Assembly: GCA_965204745.1 (NCBI GenBank)
Contig: OZ242010.1
Span: 3,328,001-3,392,000, forward strand
Direction: 5' to 3'
Source of the DNA: Candidatus Latescibacterota bacterium
GTDB taxonomy: Bacteria > Latescibacterota > UBA2968
DNA: 64,000 nucleotides
In this document: piece by piece, positions 1 through 10,200 of the stretch
How positions within the stretch are numbered: position 1 is the stretch's first letter
Layout: each line of letters opens with the position of its first letter
The notes under the pieces: model-generated
Databases searched by the model: none
Told to the model about the DNA's origin: nothing
What the model saw: the letters and a program-made list of their open reading frames with translations, nothing else
Translations under genes and position numbers: made by a program

Positions 1-2
1 CG

Positions 3-1151
3 GAAATCGACATCATTTGGGACAAATATCAAAAAACGCTCGAACCGCTTCGGGAATCGCTCAACGAGGCTCTCGACGAGACATGGCGGGAATGGGAAAT
101 CCCACGCGAAGCCGACGCGGCGTGGTCAGACGAGGCCAAGGCATTGCACGGCCAATGGTGGGAACAGCGCATCGCCCGGCAAAAAGAGATCGACGCGTCT
201 ATCGCGGCAAAGGCGGACTACGAGTATCTCTACGACAAGCCCTACGAGGACAAGAAAAAGGTGCGCGTCGCCGGCCCGTTCACGGTCGATAGCCTATCCC
301 CGCACCGCGTTTTGGGCGTCGATGAAAACGACGACCTCATCGACAGCGCAACAATGCGCGGCGACAGTGAATCGCAGGATTTTGCCGAGATGATCATGGA
401 GCACCTCAAAACCGCGGGCGTGCAACAGGCGCGCAAAGACGACCGGATCGCGTTTTCGTCTCTCGCGCCGTGGCCGGGCGATTTGGTTTGCGCCGAGGGC
501 ACGTACGCCGAGGGCGACTCGGATTCTGGCATCTACAAACGCGCTGGTATTTTCATCGGCCCCGAGTTCGGCACGGTCTCGCGTCCCGACTTGGTGAGGG
601 CCGTGCGCGAGGCGGGCGAAGCCGATTTCGATGTGCTCATCTCCTGCGCGTTCAACTACGACGCCCAATCCACGGAGTTCGACAAACTGGGGCGCGTCCC
701 GGTGCTCAAAGCGCGCATGAACGCGGATCTCCACATGGCCGACGATCTCAAGAACACGGGCAAGGGCAATTTGTTCGTGATTTTTGGGGAGCCGGATATC
801 GACATTCTCGACGCAGACGACGGTCAAATCCAAGTCAAGGTCAATGGCGTGGATGTCTTCCATCCCAACACCGGCGAGATTCGCAGCGACGGCGCCGACG
901 GCATCGCCTGTTGGTTCATCGACACGGACTACAACGAGGAGAGTTTTTTCGTGCGCCACGCCTACTTCCTCGGCGTGAAGGACCCGTACAGATCCCTCAA
1001 GACCACGCTCAAAGCCGAGATCGACCCCGACGCTTGGGCCACCCTGTACAGCGACACGTCGCGGCCGTTCGCCAAACCCACCTCCGGACGCATCGCGGTC
1101 AAGGTGATCAACCACTTGGGCGATGAAGTGATGAAAGTATTTCGGGTATAA
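3..1151 (+). CDS. C-terminal part of a large site-specific DNA methyltransferase (type III Mod-like), 5' end outside window
   Basis: Frame open from base 3 (EIDIIWDKYQKTLEPLR...). Motifs RVAGPFTVDSLSPHR, KNTGKGNLFVIFGEPDI, WFIDTDYNEESFFVRHAYF and terminal GRIAVKVINHLGDEVMKVFRV are typical of this MTase family. Confidence 0.8.
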   Translation, partial: EIDIIWDKYQKTLEPLRESLNEALDETWREWEIPREADAAWSDEAKALHGQWWEQRIARQKEIDASIAAKADYEYLYDKPYEDKKKVRVAGPFTVDSLSPHRVLGVDENDDLIDSATMRGDSESQDFAEMIMEHLKTAGVQQARKDDRIAFSSLAPWPGDLVCAEGTYAEGDSDSGIYKRAGIFIGPEFGTVSRPDLVRAVREAGEADFDVLISCAFNYDAQSTEFDKLGRVPVLKARMNADLHMADDLKNTGKGNLFVIFGEPDIDILDADDGQIQVKVNGVDVFHPNTGEIRSDGADGIACWFIDTDYNEESFFVRHAYFLGVKDPYRSLKTTLKAEIDPDAWATLYSDTSRPFAKPTSGRIAVKVINHLGDEVMKVFRV

Positions 1152-1200
1152 GGGCATTGATCGCGACGAAAGGCTATGTGATTAAGTGATGTCGTGACGC
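1041..1200 (+). repeat. 160-bp direct repeat copy 1 (MTase 3' end plus about 50 bp downstream)
   Basis: Aligns without gaps to 6978-7137; 8 mismatches counted by eye, mostly at third codon positions. Confidence 0.95.
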
Positions 1201-1336
1201 CTGGTGTCTCAAGATGTGTGATGTTTTCAGAAACCACTTGGCGCATCCTCGATTGCACGCTATATTTTGAAACATAGAGATATAAACCTTTCTGTTCGCG
1301 AGCAATTGTCAGCGCACGGAAAGAGAGGGAAGGATA

Positions 1337-1373
1337 AAGGGTGCTTGTGTATGATTGAGCACCCTTCTTTTTT
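1337..1373 (+). terminator. Putative intrinsic terminator downstream of the MTase
   Basis: AAGGGTGCT-N12-AGCACCCTT followed by CTTTTTT. Confidence 0.5.
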
Positions 1374-1440
1374 AACTCAAAAAATGGGATTACAGCGACG
1401 CAATAAATTCGACAAACGCGCTCCAATTTGCCAATAGAGA

Positions 1441-1577
1441 TAGGGAGGTCAAAGAAATTTGGCCTCCCTAAATTGTTGTAAAATCGCTGGATGTGTGAAC
1501 TTGATTTTGATATTTGGATGTTTTTATAGTGAACTATCAAAATAAATCTTGACACAAGAGATAGAAATTGGTACCTT
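1441..1577 (+). promoter_or_regulatory. Inverted repeat and sigma70-like promoter upstream of CBASS
   Basis: TAGGGAGGTCAAA-gaaa-TTTGGCCTCCCTA (1441-1470); TTGACA-N17-TACCTT (1549-1577). Confidence 0.4.
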
Positions 1578-1668
1578 TCTTTCATATCTTGATTTCTGTG
1601 CCACTTTTCCATAGGTGGGAATCTATTCTCTCGCAGAAATCGCCACCATTCATGATAAGGAGTATCAC

Positions 1669-2928
1669 ATGAACAGAAATGCCCCAGTAGCACATTTGAC
1701 CGAACCAACGGATATTCTGTTGGCAGATGTCGCGATTCGCATCCAACTCCGGCCGACGCATTACAACATGGCTGTTGAGCGGTATCAGAAGATCAGCAAA
1801 TTGATTGAGCGAGGCAACAGCCCCCTCAAGGATCGTGTCGATCTGTTTTATCCGCAGGGATCTATGGCTATCGGCGCAACTATCGCGTCTAAACTCAAGA
1901 CGGATGAGTTTGACCTCGATGTGGTTGCACAACTTGATCTGCCTGAGTCAGTATCACCTTCTGAGCCACTGGATTTGCTGTTTGAAGCAATCAGAGGCGA
2001 GCCTGGTTCCCGGTATTATCGAATGACCAAGCGGAGGACCCGTTGTGTCACTGTCAGTTACAGCGACAAGATGCACATTGACATTACGCCGCTCATTCGT
2101 CGCTACCAATACACTCCAGAGCGTGAAAGCTGGATTTTTCATGACCGGCCAGAAGCACCCCAAGAGCCGGGTAAGAAACTTATCGCCAATCCCTATGGTT
2201 TTGCCGAGTGGTTCAAGGATAACACACCACCCGATCAAGATTTTGCCGGTATCTTTGAGAAACGTGCGGCTGAATACGAGCGAAAGGTGATGCTAGAAGC
2301 GGAAAGTGAACCTGTTCCCCCTCCCGAGCCGCCATTCCGAAAATCGAAGGCAGTGATCGTGCTTCAACTCCTGAAGCGCTGGCGCAATGTGCAATACGAT
2401 ACGCGACAGGGGCGCAGGCCCCCATCAATTCTGATTGCGAAACTCGTCGCCGATGTTGCGAACCATACGGACCGGCTGTCAGAAGAATTATTGCTTCAGG
2501 TACGGCACATGCTGTCTGTATTCCAAAATTGCCATAATGCGGGCAAGCGTATTCATGTCTCAAATCCCGTGTGTGACCAAGATGTTTTGACTGATCGATG
2601 GCCGGAAACGTTGCAAGATCAAGCAGTGTTTCTCCGAGATCTTGAAAATCTTGTTGCCAAAGTTGACCGACTGGTCTCTGGTTGTGATCTTGGCAAGATG
2701 CAGAAAATCATGATAGAGTTGTTCGGTGAAGCACCGACGACAGAAGCCTTCCAAGCCTTCAATGAACGGATGGGCGATCAAATCCGTACAGGGCAAAGTA
2801 GGCACCGCTCTGGTACTGGTTGTTTAGTCCTTCCAGCAAGCACAGCGGGGGCCATCAATCCGACATCCTCAAGAGGGACTCGAACTACTCCAAAGCACAC
2901 CTTTTACGGTAACGACAGGAAAAAATAA
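1669..2928 (+). CDS. CBASS cGAS/DncV-like nucleotidyltransferase (CD-NTase)
   Basis: YPQGSMAIGATI...DEFDLDVV (GS plus DxD), MHIDITP, ANPYGFAEWF, QLLKRWRN, PPSILI, NPV..DVLTDRW; C-terminal FYG-NDRKK; RBS AAGGAG before ATG 1669. Confidence 0.92.
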   Translation: MNRNAPVAHLTEPTDILLADVAIRIQLRPTHYNMAVERYQKISKLIERGNSPLKDRVDLFYPQGSMAIGATIASKLKTDEFDLDVVAQLDLPESVSPSEPLDLLFEAIRGEPGSRYYRMTKRRTRCVTVSYSDKMHIDITPLIRRYQYTPERESWIFHDRPEAPQEPGKKLIANPYGFAEWFKDNTPPDQDFAGIFEKRAAEYERKVMLEAESEPVPPPEPPFRKSKAVIVLQLLKRWRNVQYDTRQGRRPPSILIAKLVADVANHTDRLSEELLLQVRHMLSVFQNCHNAGKRIHVSNPVCDQDVLTDRWPETLQDQAVFLRDLENLVAKVDRLVSGCDLGKMQKIMIELFGEAPTTEAFQAFNERMGDQIRTGQSRHRSGTGCLVLPASTAGAINPTSSRGTRTTPKHTFYGNDRKK

Positions 2929-3362
2929 TGGGACTGACGATTTGGAAACAGGCTGAACTCATGAAACGATCCTGGCCTGACTTTCGGGTTCTTCATCAAA
3001 TTCGTTGGTTTATATGCTGGGAGGGGCAACTTCGGCCTTTTAATCAAACATACATAGTTCAAATATTCCTCTCACGCAAACGGGGATGTAGCCGTGACAA
3101 ATTATTGACAGTTCCGGCCGTGATGGTAATTGATCCCCTGCTGTGCAGGCGAGTTGAAAATCCCAGTGAACCCATACCACATCACTATCCAAACCAAGAG
3201 CATCCCGAGTTACCCTTTCTTTGCCTCTACGATCCCGATACTCAAGAGTGGCACCCCGGTCGATCGGTAGCCCAGACTATTATCCCTTGGACGATTGATT
3301 GGCTGGCGTGCTACGAGGGTTGGCTTGCCACTGGAAAATGGACCGGAGGTGGTCGTCACTGA
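2928..3362 (+). CDS. CBASS-associated prokaryotic E2 (ubiquitin-conjugating-like) protein
   Basis: WEGQLRP, IPHHYP...LCLYDP...EW...TIIPWTIDWLACYEGWLATGKWTGGGRH; start overlaps the CD-NTase stop. Confidence 0.85.
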   Translation: MGLTIWKQAELMKRSWPDFRVLHQIRWFICWEGQLRPFNQTYIVQIFLSRKRGCSRDKLLTVPAVMVIDPLLCRRVENPSEPIPHHYPNQEHPELPFLCLYDPDTQEWHPGRSVAQTIIPWTIDWLACYEGWLATGKWTGGGRH

Positions 3363-3384
3363 TTATAGGTTAAGTAGGGGTACA

Positions 3385-4440
3385 ATGTCCACTAGCAAAG
3401 AGAATCCTCCGAAACGATCATCCGGTGCGCTCACTCAGCGTCGTGTTCCACTACCTTGGCCACAAGATCGGGAGTTTCGTATCCTCTCTATCAATGGTGG
3501 TGGCATCCGTGGAATATTTCCGGCCGCATTCTTGGCAGGGTTGGAGGAACGCTATCTCAACGAAACTTCTGTGGCCCAATACTTTGATCTTATTGCTGGA
3601 ACCTCAACCGGAGGTATTATTGCCCTTGGACTCGCTGCTAGGCTTCCAGCCGCTGAACTGCGAGACCTTTATATTGAGCGCGGATGCGAAATTTTCCCTC
3701 CTATTCGTAACGGCCTTTTTGGAGTAGCAGAACGACGCCTGAAAAACTTTTGCCAATATTTTAAATTTCGCTATGATCGCGATGCCCTTATGCGCGTCCT
3801 CAATGATACCTTTGGCGACCGAAAATTTGGCGAAGCACAGACCAGGTTGTGCATACCCTCTTTTGATGGTCAGTATGGAGAAGTATATATTTTTAAGACG
3901 CCACATCATCCAGACTTCCGCAATGATGCTAAGGAGTACATGACAAAGGTGGCCGCGGCTACATCTGCAGCGCCGACATTCTTCCGTCCACTTGAGGATG
4001 GTGGATACAAATTCGTTGATGGTGGAGTTTGGGCAAACAATCCCATTATGATTGCATTGGTCGATGCGTTATCCTGCTTTTCCGTACCGCGAGAACGCAT
4101 CCGCATTCTAAGTTTGGGCTGTGGAGATGACGAATATCCTGTTGGCAAGTTGAAAATGTTGTTGGGCGGCAAATTATCTTGGTACGACATCATCTTTGCA
4201 GCGATGCGTCTCCAGTCTCTCAACGCTCTTGGTCAAGCCGGGTTGCTAATTGGTGCTAACAGAATTATGAAAGTCAACGCGCCCATTTGTGGCAAGCAAA
4301 TACAACTAGACGATTGGAGTCGCGCTGTGGAAGAGTTGCCCTCGGTTGCCATAGCGACTCTCGACGAGATCGGCGAAACCGTGGCGTCTGCATTTTTAGC
4401 AGAGCCCGCTACTCCTTACCAGCCAATTATCCCCATCTGA
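3385..4440 (+). CDS. capV: CBASS patatin-like phospholipase effector (CapV-like)
   Basis: ILSINGGGIRG glycine loop, GTSTG nucleophile, ATSAAPTFF, DGGVWANNP; operonic with the CD-NTase. Confidence 0.88.
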   Translation: MSTSKENPPKRSSGALTQRRVPLPWPQDREFRILSINGGGIRGIFPAAFLAGLEERYLNETSVAQYFDLIAGTSTGGIIALGLAARLPAAELRDLYIERGCEIFPPIRNGLFGVAERRLKNFCQYFKFRYDRDALMRVLNDTFGDRKFGEAQTRLCIPSFDGQYGEVYIFKTPHHPDFRNDAKEYMTKVAAATSAAPTFFRPLEDGGYKFVDGGVWANNPIMIALVDALSCFSVPRERIRILSLGCGDDEYPVGKLKMLLGGKLSWYDIIFAAMRLQSLNALGQAGLLIGANRIMKVNAPICGKQIQLDDWSRAVEELPSVAIATLDEIGETVASAFLAEPATPYQPIIPI

Positions 4441-4568
4441 AGATATTGAAAAATCCCATCCCTGCTACCACTCTATAACTTTGGATAGAATCCTATCATC
4501 CAGCAAAGAGGATCGTTTGCTGGATTTCCGACCCGAGTTCAACCTTGCAGATACCCAATAGATTAGGC

Positions 4569-4598
4569 TTGTATTATACATCTTGATAGCCGTATAAT
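4569..4598 (+). promoter_or_regulatory. sigma70-like promoter of the HTH-peptidase/PIN pair
   Basis: TTGTAT-N18-TATAAT; a short palindrome TGTA-tta-TACA overlaps the -35. Confidence 0.5.
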
Positions 4599-4651
4599 AG
4601 AGGATCAAGGGCTGATGTTTCCATGATTACCCTCTTTCACGAGATAATACA

Positions 4652-5908
4652 ATGCTGACGCAGCGTGAATTGGGACAGCGGTTGAAACGGGCGCGAGAGG
4701 CAACCGGGTTGACTCAACAGCAGGTCGCCGAGCATGTTGCGCTCACCCGGGTTGCCATCTCCCAAATTGAGTCGGGGCACCGCATGGTCAGTTCGCTTGA
4801 ATTGACGCGCTTGGCGCGCCTTTACGGCCGGGATATCGCCAGTTTCTTAGAAGAAAAGCCCTCCCCGAATGAAAAAGAAAACGCGCTGACCGTCCTGTTT
4901 CGCGCACATCCCGATCTCATGCAAAACCCCACCCCCCTGCGAAACGCCACCGAACTGTTCCGAGAATATACCAATCTGAAAGCCCTCTTGGATCTGGATA
5001 CAGAACAGAACCTGCCGCCTAGATATGCTTGTGCCGAACCGAGAAATGTTTGGGAAGCCATTCAAATGGGCGAACGGGCCGCCGAGGCGGAACGCAGTCG
5101 TCTGGCATTGGGGATAGATCCCATCCGCGACATGGCCGAGTTGGTGGAATCCCAGGGCATACCCGTCATTGAAATTGATTTGGACGATCAGATATCGGGT
5201 ATTTTTATGACCGATGCCGAGGGGCAATTGTGCATCTTCATCAACCAGGCACAGTTCGACAAAGCCAAGGCTCGCGTCGCATTTACCATTGCCCATGAAT
5301 ACAGTCACATATTGCTCGACCGGGATAAGGTCAGTGCCATCAGCAAAATCTCAAATGATCGCGATTTGTTTGAAGTGCGTGCGAATGCGTTTGCCGCAGC
5401 GTTTCTCATGCCCGAAGAAGGCGTGAGTCAATTTCTCAAAACCATCGGCAAGGGCGAGGCCAGTCGCGAAAAGTTGTTGGCTTATACCGAGCAGCACGAT
5501 CCGCTTGTCGGGCATCATCGCCGCTTGGCATCCACCCAAATCATCACGCTTTACGATGTCGTCAAGCTGTGTATGTCCTTTGGAACCAGCTATGAAGCCG
5601 CCTTGTACAGATTGAGAAACACAAAATTTCTATCCGAAGGATCATTTGATCACCTCTACCGACGAAAAGACGAAGCAAGGGAAATTGTACAAAATCTCAA
5701 AATAGAAGGAAGGCGAGAATACCCCAGCAGTTTCGCCCTCAACTTCACGGGTATGGCTATCGAAGCCTATCGCCGCGACAAAATCACGTACGACAAATTG
5801 ATCGCGCTCGCCGATCAAGTGGCGTTTGATTCCAAGGTCATAGACCAAATACTTTGCTACATGGGACTGGAGAACAATCTCGAAGCAGAGGTCTATCTCC
5901 CGGAGTGA
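4652..5908 (+). CDS. XRE-family HTH fused to ImmA/IrrE (M78) metallopeptidase
   Basis: N-terminal LKRAREATGLTQQQVA...ISQIESG HTH; FTIAHEYSHILL (HExxH); EVRANAFAAAFLMP. Confidence 0.92.
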   Translation: MLTQRELGQRLKRAREATGLTQQQVAEHVALTRVAISQIESGHRMVSSLELTRLARLYGRDIASFLEEKPSPNEKENALTVLFRAHPDLMQNPTPLRNATELFREYTNLKALLDLDTEQNLPPRYACAEPRNVWEAIQMGERAAEAERSRLALGIDPIRDMAELVESQGIPVIEIDLDDQISGIFMTDAEGQLCIFINQAQFDKAKARVAFTIAHEYSHILLDRDKVSAISKISNDRDLFEVRANAFAAAFLMPEEGVSQFLKTIGKGEASREKLLAYTEQHDPLVGHHRRLASTQIITLYDVVKLCMSFGTSYEAALYRLRNTKFLSEGSFDHLYRRKDEAREIVQNLKIEGRREYPSSFALNFTGMAIEAYRRDKITYDKLIALADQVAFDSKVIDQILCYMGLENNLEAEVYLPE

Positions 5909-5912
5909 TCTC

Positions 5913-6431
5913 GTGCAACAAAAAACAGAGAGCCAGTCATGCGCGATCACAGACGCAAATATCCTGATCAACTTTATCAAACTTGGCCGCGTGGATATTC
6001 TCCAACAACTGCGAATGTATGCTTTCTATCTGTCCGAGGAAGTGTATCGGGAAATCACATATCCAGCACAACGGCTCGTTTTAGATCATGCCCTAAAAAA
6101 TGGATGGCTTAGAGAGACAGTGATAACGGATCAAAATGAATTGCGTTCTTATGCACAGTACAGACGACAAATGGGAGATGGAGAAGCCGCGTGTTTGGCG
6201 ATTGCGATTTGTCGAAAATGGATCATGGTCTGCGATGAGAAAAAAAAGAAACTGATTTCCAGAACTGTTCGGCATCATTTAGGAGCGGGTTATCTGCTGA
6301 ATACACCGGGTATTTTGCTCAAGGCCATACGCGAGGGTATTCTCACTGTATCACAAGCAGACGCAATCAAAAACACATTGGCGCAGAACCGATTTGTCAT
6401 GCCATTTGCATCTTTCCAGAATTTTATCTGA
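5913..6431 (+). CDS. PIN-domain protein (DUF3368-like)
   Basis: ITDANILINF, MGDGEAACLAIA, VCDEKK, NTPGILLKA: PIN acidic residues present. Confidence 0.8.
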   Translation: MQQKTESQSCAITDANILINFIKLGRVDILQQLRMYAFYLSEEVYREITYPAQRLVLDHALKNGWLRETVITDQNELRSYAQYRRQMGDGEAACLAIAICRKWIMVCDEKKKKLISRTVRHHLGAGYLLNTPGILLKAIREGILTVSQADAIKNTLAQNRFVMPFASFQNFI

Positions 6432-6454
6432 AATAGGACACCGTCCTGCTACCA

Positions 6455-6488
6455 AAAAGGCCGCGAGGGTTTCATTCCTCGCGGCCTT
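6455..6488 (+). terminator. Hairpin terminator copy 1
   Basis: AAGGCCGCGAGG-gtttcatt-CCTCGCGGCCTT; near-identical copy at 10925-10957. Confidence 0.7.
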
Positions 6489-6519
6489 CCGAACATCCCT
6501 GCCGCTGTCCTACCCGTTA

Positions 6520-6657
6520 CTTGAGCATGTTGCGGGCCACCGTCTCTCGGGTAACCGTCAAAATGCCTGGAGCATTTCGATATCTGGCAATTGGCGAATC
6601 GCGTTTGAAGAAGATGAAGGGTGTATTGACCGCTTAAACTTGGAGGATTACCACTGA
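6520..6657 (+). pseudogene. higB: 5'-truncated HigB (RelE-fold) toxin remnant
   Basis: HRLSGNRQNAWSISISGNWRIAFEED...LNLEDYH is the C-terminal half of HigB; the N-terminal half is absent. Confidence 0.75.
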
Positions 6658-6944
6658 TGACAACTCATGGCATTGCAGTAACCATGACCCCTTCGCATCC
6701 GGGCGACTTCATTCGCACAGAGATCATCGAGGAGTTGGGGCTAAGCGTGACGCGGATAGCCGAGATTTTGGGAGTTCGTCAAGCGACGCTTTCAGAGGTG
6801 CTAAACGGCCATGCCGCGCTATCGCCGGAAATGGCCCTACGCATCGAAAAGGTATTTGACATCAGCATGGATATGTTGTTGCGAATGCAGGCTTGGTATG
6901 ACGCCTCGCAAATGCGCGCCCGGGCAAATGAGATTGAGGTTTAA
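6657..6944 (+). CDS. higA: HigA family antitoxin
   Basis: PSHPGDFIRTEIIEELGLSVT...LSPEMALRIEKVF...LRMQAWYD. Confidence 0.9.
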   Translation: MTTHGIAVTMTPSHPGDFIRTEIIEELGLSVTRIAEILGVRQATLSEVLNGHAALSPEMALRIEKVFDISMDMLLRMQAWYDASQMRARANEIEV

Positions 6945-6977
6945 CGCTACGCATCCGCTTGAAGGTTGCCAGGCTCA

Positions 6978-7137
6978 ACCCTGCACAGCGACACGTCGCG
7001 GCCATTCGCCAAACCCACCTCCGGACGCATCGCGGTCAAGGCGATCAACCACTTGGGCGATGAGGTGATGAAAGTGTTTCGCGTGTGAGGGCATTGATCG
7101 CGACGAAAGGCTATGTGATTAAGTGATGTCGTGACGC
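6978..7137 (+). repeat. 160-bp direct repeat copy 2 (orphan MTase 3' end)
   Basis: Encodes TLHSDTSRPFAKPTSGRIAVKAINHLGDEVMKVFRV* plus an identical downstream stretch of about 50 bp. Confidence 0.95.
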
Positions 7138-7259
7138 AAAAAAACAAGTTCGATCTTTAAGATTGAAAATCTACTATTGACGCATGAGACGTGAAACGAT
7201 ATTTTTTGAACGGATTAAAAATAGAAGGCTTACCCGTATCGAGATAGGAAAATTTCAGC

Positions 7260-10200
7260 ATGAACCAATCTAAACTTCGTCAGTTGCTCGACCGTCTGTG
7301 CGGACTTCCAGAGAACGAATGGCTCGAGTTCAAGAAAGCGAAAAAGGGGTATGACTTCAATAAGTTAGGCCAGTATTTCTCCGCGCTGTCCAATGAAGCC
7401 AACCTCAACGGGCAAGCGTGCGGTTGGTTGGTATTCGGCGTAAGCGATGATCGTTCGGTTTGCGGCAGCCAGTTCCGCAAAGACCGAGCGGATCTTAACA
7501 GCTTGAAACATGAAATCGCCAATCATACGACTGGTGGCCTCACATTTGTCGATATTCACGTCGTTGAGCACCCGAACGGTCGCGTCGTGATGTTCGAGAT
7601 TCCGGCCGCATTACAAGGCATACCAACGGCGTGGAAAGAACATTGGTACGGACGCAATGGCGAGTCCCTAGGCGGTCTTAGCCTGATGGAATTGGAAAAA
7701 ATTCGGTCAAATTCTTCTGGCGGGCATCAAGACTGGAATCGCCACGAGTACGCCCCAGACTTGGCTATTGCCAACTTGCTTGGGTCATGGAATGAGCTAA
7801 ACGAAGCGGATGTAGAGATCGTGAGTCAACTGATCAATGATGAGGATTACGCAAAGTGGATTCTCAAAATGAGGGAGATGTTAAGCCAAGCGATAAGCCC
7901 TGTGAGATATGTAAATGGAAAATGGTATGTCGATGATCGAAAAGAACTGTGGCAGGCGTTGGGCAAACGAGTTTTTGACGAGAGCCTGAACGCCCTAAAA
8001 CAATGCGCTATCGCTGTCTTGTCCGAGTGCGATCCCCAGTTTGACTTACCTCCCGATGAACGCTATACCGCCCGTATCTCTGGAAAGACATTGAAGTACT
8101 CATCTACACTTCGGACAGGACTGACCGAAACGCTGGCACTGCTCGGCACTGCCCCCGATGCTTTGATCAATTTTTCACCTCAAGGTTGGAAGCCAAAAGA
8201 TACGGCTGATTTTGTCGTGCGAGAAATACTCGAGAATGCGGATTGGGTGTTGTGGGGAAGCCTTAGGGGTCTTCTCTCGACACTCGCAGAAGCAGCCCCG
8301 GATAAATTTTTGGATGCCGTGGAAAATGCCTTGCAACGATCCCTTTGCCCATTTGATGCGCTTTTCGCCCAAGAGGGTGCTCCGATCACTGGCAGCAGTT
8401 ATATGTCGGACTTGCTGTGGGCATTGGAAACACTCGCTTGGGATGCCGAGTACCTCGTCCGCGTATGTGTGATTCTCGGCAAACTCGCCAGCCGCGACCC
8501 GGGCGGCCCTTGGGCAAACCGTCCCGCCGATTCGCTGTCGATGATCTTATTGCCCTGGCTTCCACAAACGATCGCGCCAGTTGAAAAACGCAAAGTCGCC
8601 ATTCAAACGCTCTGCGATGAATTGCCAGAAATTGCTTGGAACTTGATCGTCAGCCTGTTGCCCGGCCAGAACCAGATAACCACTGGGACTCGCAAACCGG
8701 CCTGGCGCAATACCATACCCGTTGATTGGAAAGAAAAAGTTACCAGGCAGGATTATCGAGATCAAGTAGCGTTCTGCGCCGAACGCGCGGTTTCAATCGC
8801 AGGTTGTGATCCGGATAAACTCGGCGAACTGATTGACCATTTAGCCGGTTTTCCCAAACCTTCATTTCACGCGTTGCTCGAGACTTTAGCGTCTGATTCC
8901 ATTACAGCACTTTCAGAAGAAAAACGGTTACACCTTTGGGACAAACTCGTAAAATTCATATCCCGACACCGACGTTTATCGGGCGAAAAAGGGACTCGGA
9001 ACGATGGGTCGCTCGCGCCCATTGAGGCCGTTGCGAACGAGTTGGCTCCTAAGAATCCTTTGAATCTCTATCGCAGATTATTCAGCCGCAGTATTTGGGA
9101 TCACTCTACAAAAAGTGAAGATTGGACAAAGCAGCTCGATAGAGACCGTCAGCAAGCTATAAAAGAGATTTTGGCTTGCGGTGGGGTGGAGTTGGTCCTT
9201 CGATTCGCCGAAGTTGTCGAGGCCCCGTGGGATGTTGGTCGTTCTTTGGGTGCGATTGCCCAAGTGGAAAACGACAGACGCCTTCTGCCCGCATTGTTGG
9301 AAACCGAGAATGACAAACTCGCGCTGTTTGCAAATAACTATGTCAGAAGCCGCCAAAACATCGCTGGATGGAAATGGGTCGATGGCTTTGATATCTCGAA
9401 CTGGTCAGCTTCGCAAATAGGTCGATTCTTAGCCGCTTTGCCCTTCACGAGAGAAGCGTGGCACCGTGCTACAAAATGGCTCGGCAAGTCCGAAGAGGAG
9501 TACTGGAGCAAAACCAGCGCAAACCCATATAGTACCGATGAGGATCTCCGCTTTGCCATAGACAAACTGATCGCGCATGGCAGACCCCATGCGGCTATCA
9601 AATGTCTGATGTGCCAAATGGACCTCGGCAAACAGCCATTGGACAACGCTCTATGCGTAAAGGCTCTTAGGGCCGCCATTTCTTCTTATGAACCTTCCCA
9701 TGAAGTAGAGACGCATAGCATCATTGCAATCGTAAAGGCTTTACAGGACGATCCCAAAACCGATCCCGACGCGCTTTTTCAAATCGAATGGGCATATCTG
9801 CGCTTGCTCGACAAATATTATCACCCTGACGCATCGCCGAAGACATTGAAAAATAGGCTGGCTTCTGATCCCGAGTTTTTTTGTGAAGTGATACGCCTCG
9901 TCTATCGGTCAAAAAGGGAAACGGAATCTCCGCAACAACTCGATGACCGAGATAAAGTCATTGCCGACAACGCATACGAACTCCTCCGTAACTGGCAGAC
10001 TCCTCCAGGTACGCAAGCGGATGGTCGATTTTTGCCGGAACAATTCGAGAAGTGGTTCAAACGAACAAAAGAAGCGTGTGTTGAATCTGGACATCTCGAA
10101 GTCGCTCTCAGGCGTATAGGTGAAGTTCTCATTCATGCCCCACCGGATCCAAAAGGGCTGTGGATCCATCGAACCCTAGCATCTGCGCTCAACACAGAGG

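Noticed and set aside
1041-7137. 160-bp repeat pair as a DGR template/variable repeat or integron attC
   Set aside because: Mismatches are not adenine-specific, no reverse transcriptase or integron integrase is in the window, and there is no attC-like palindrome.
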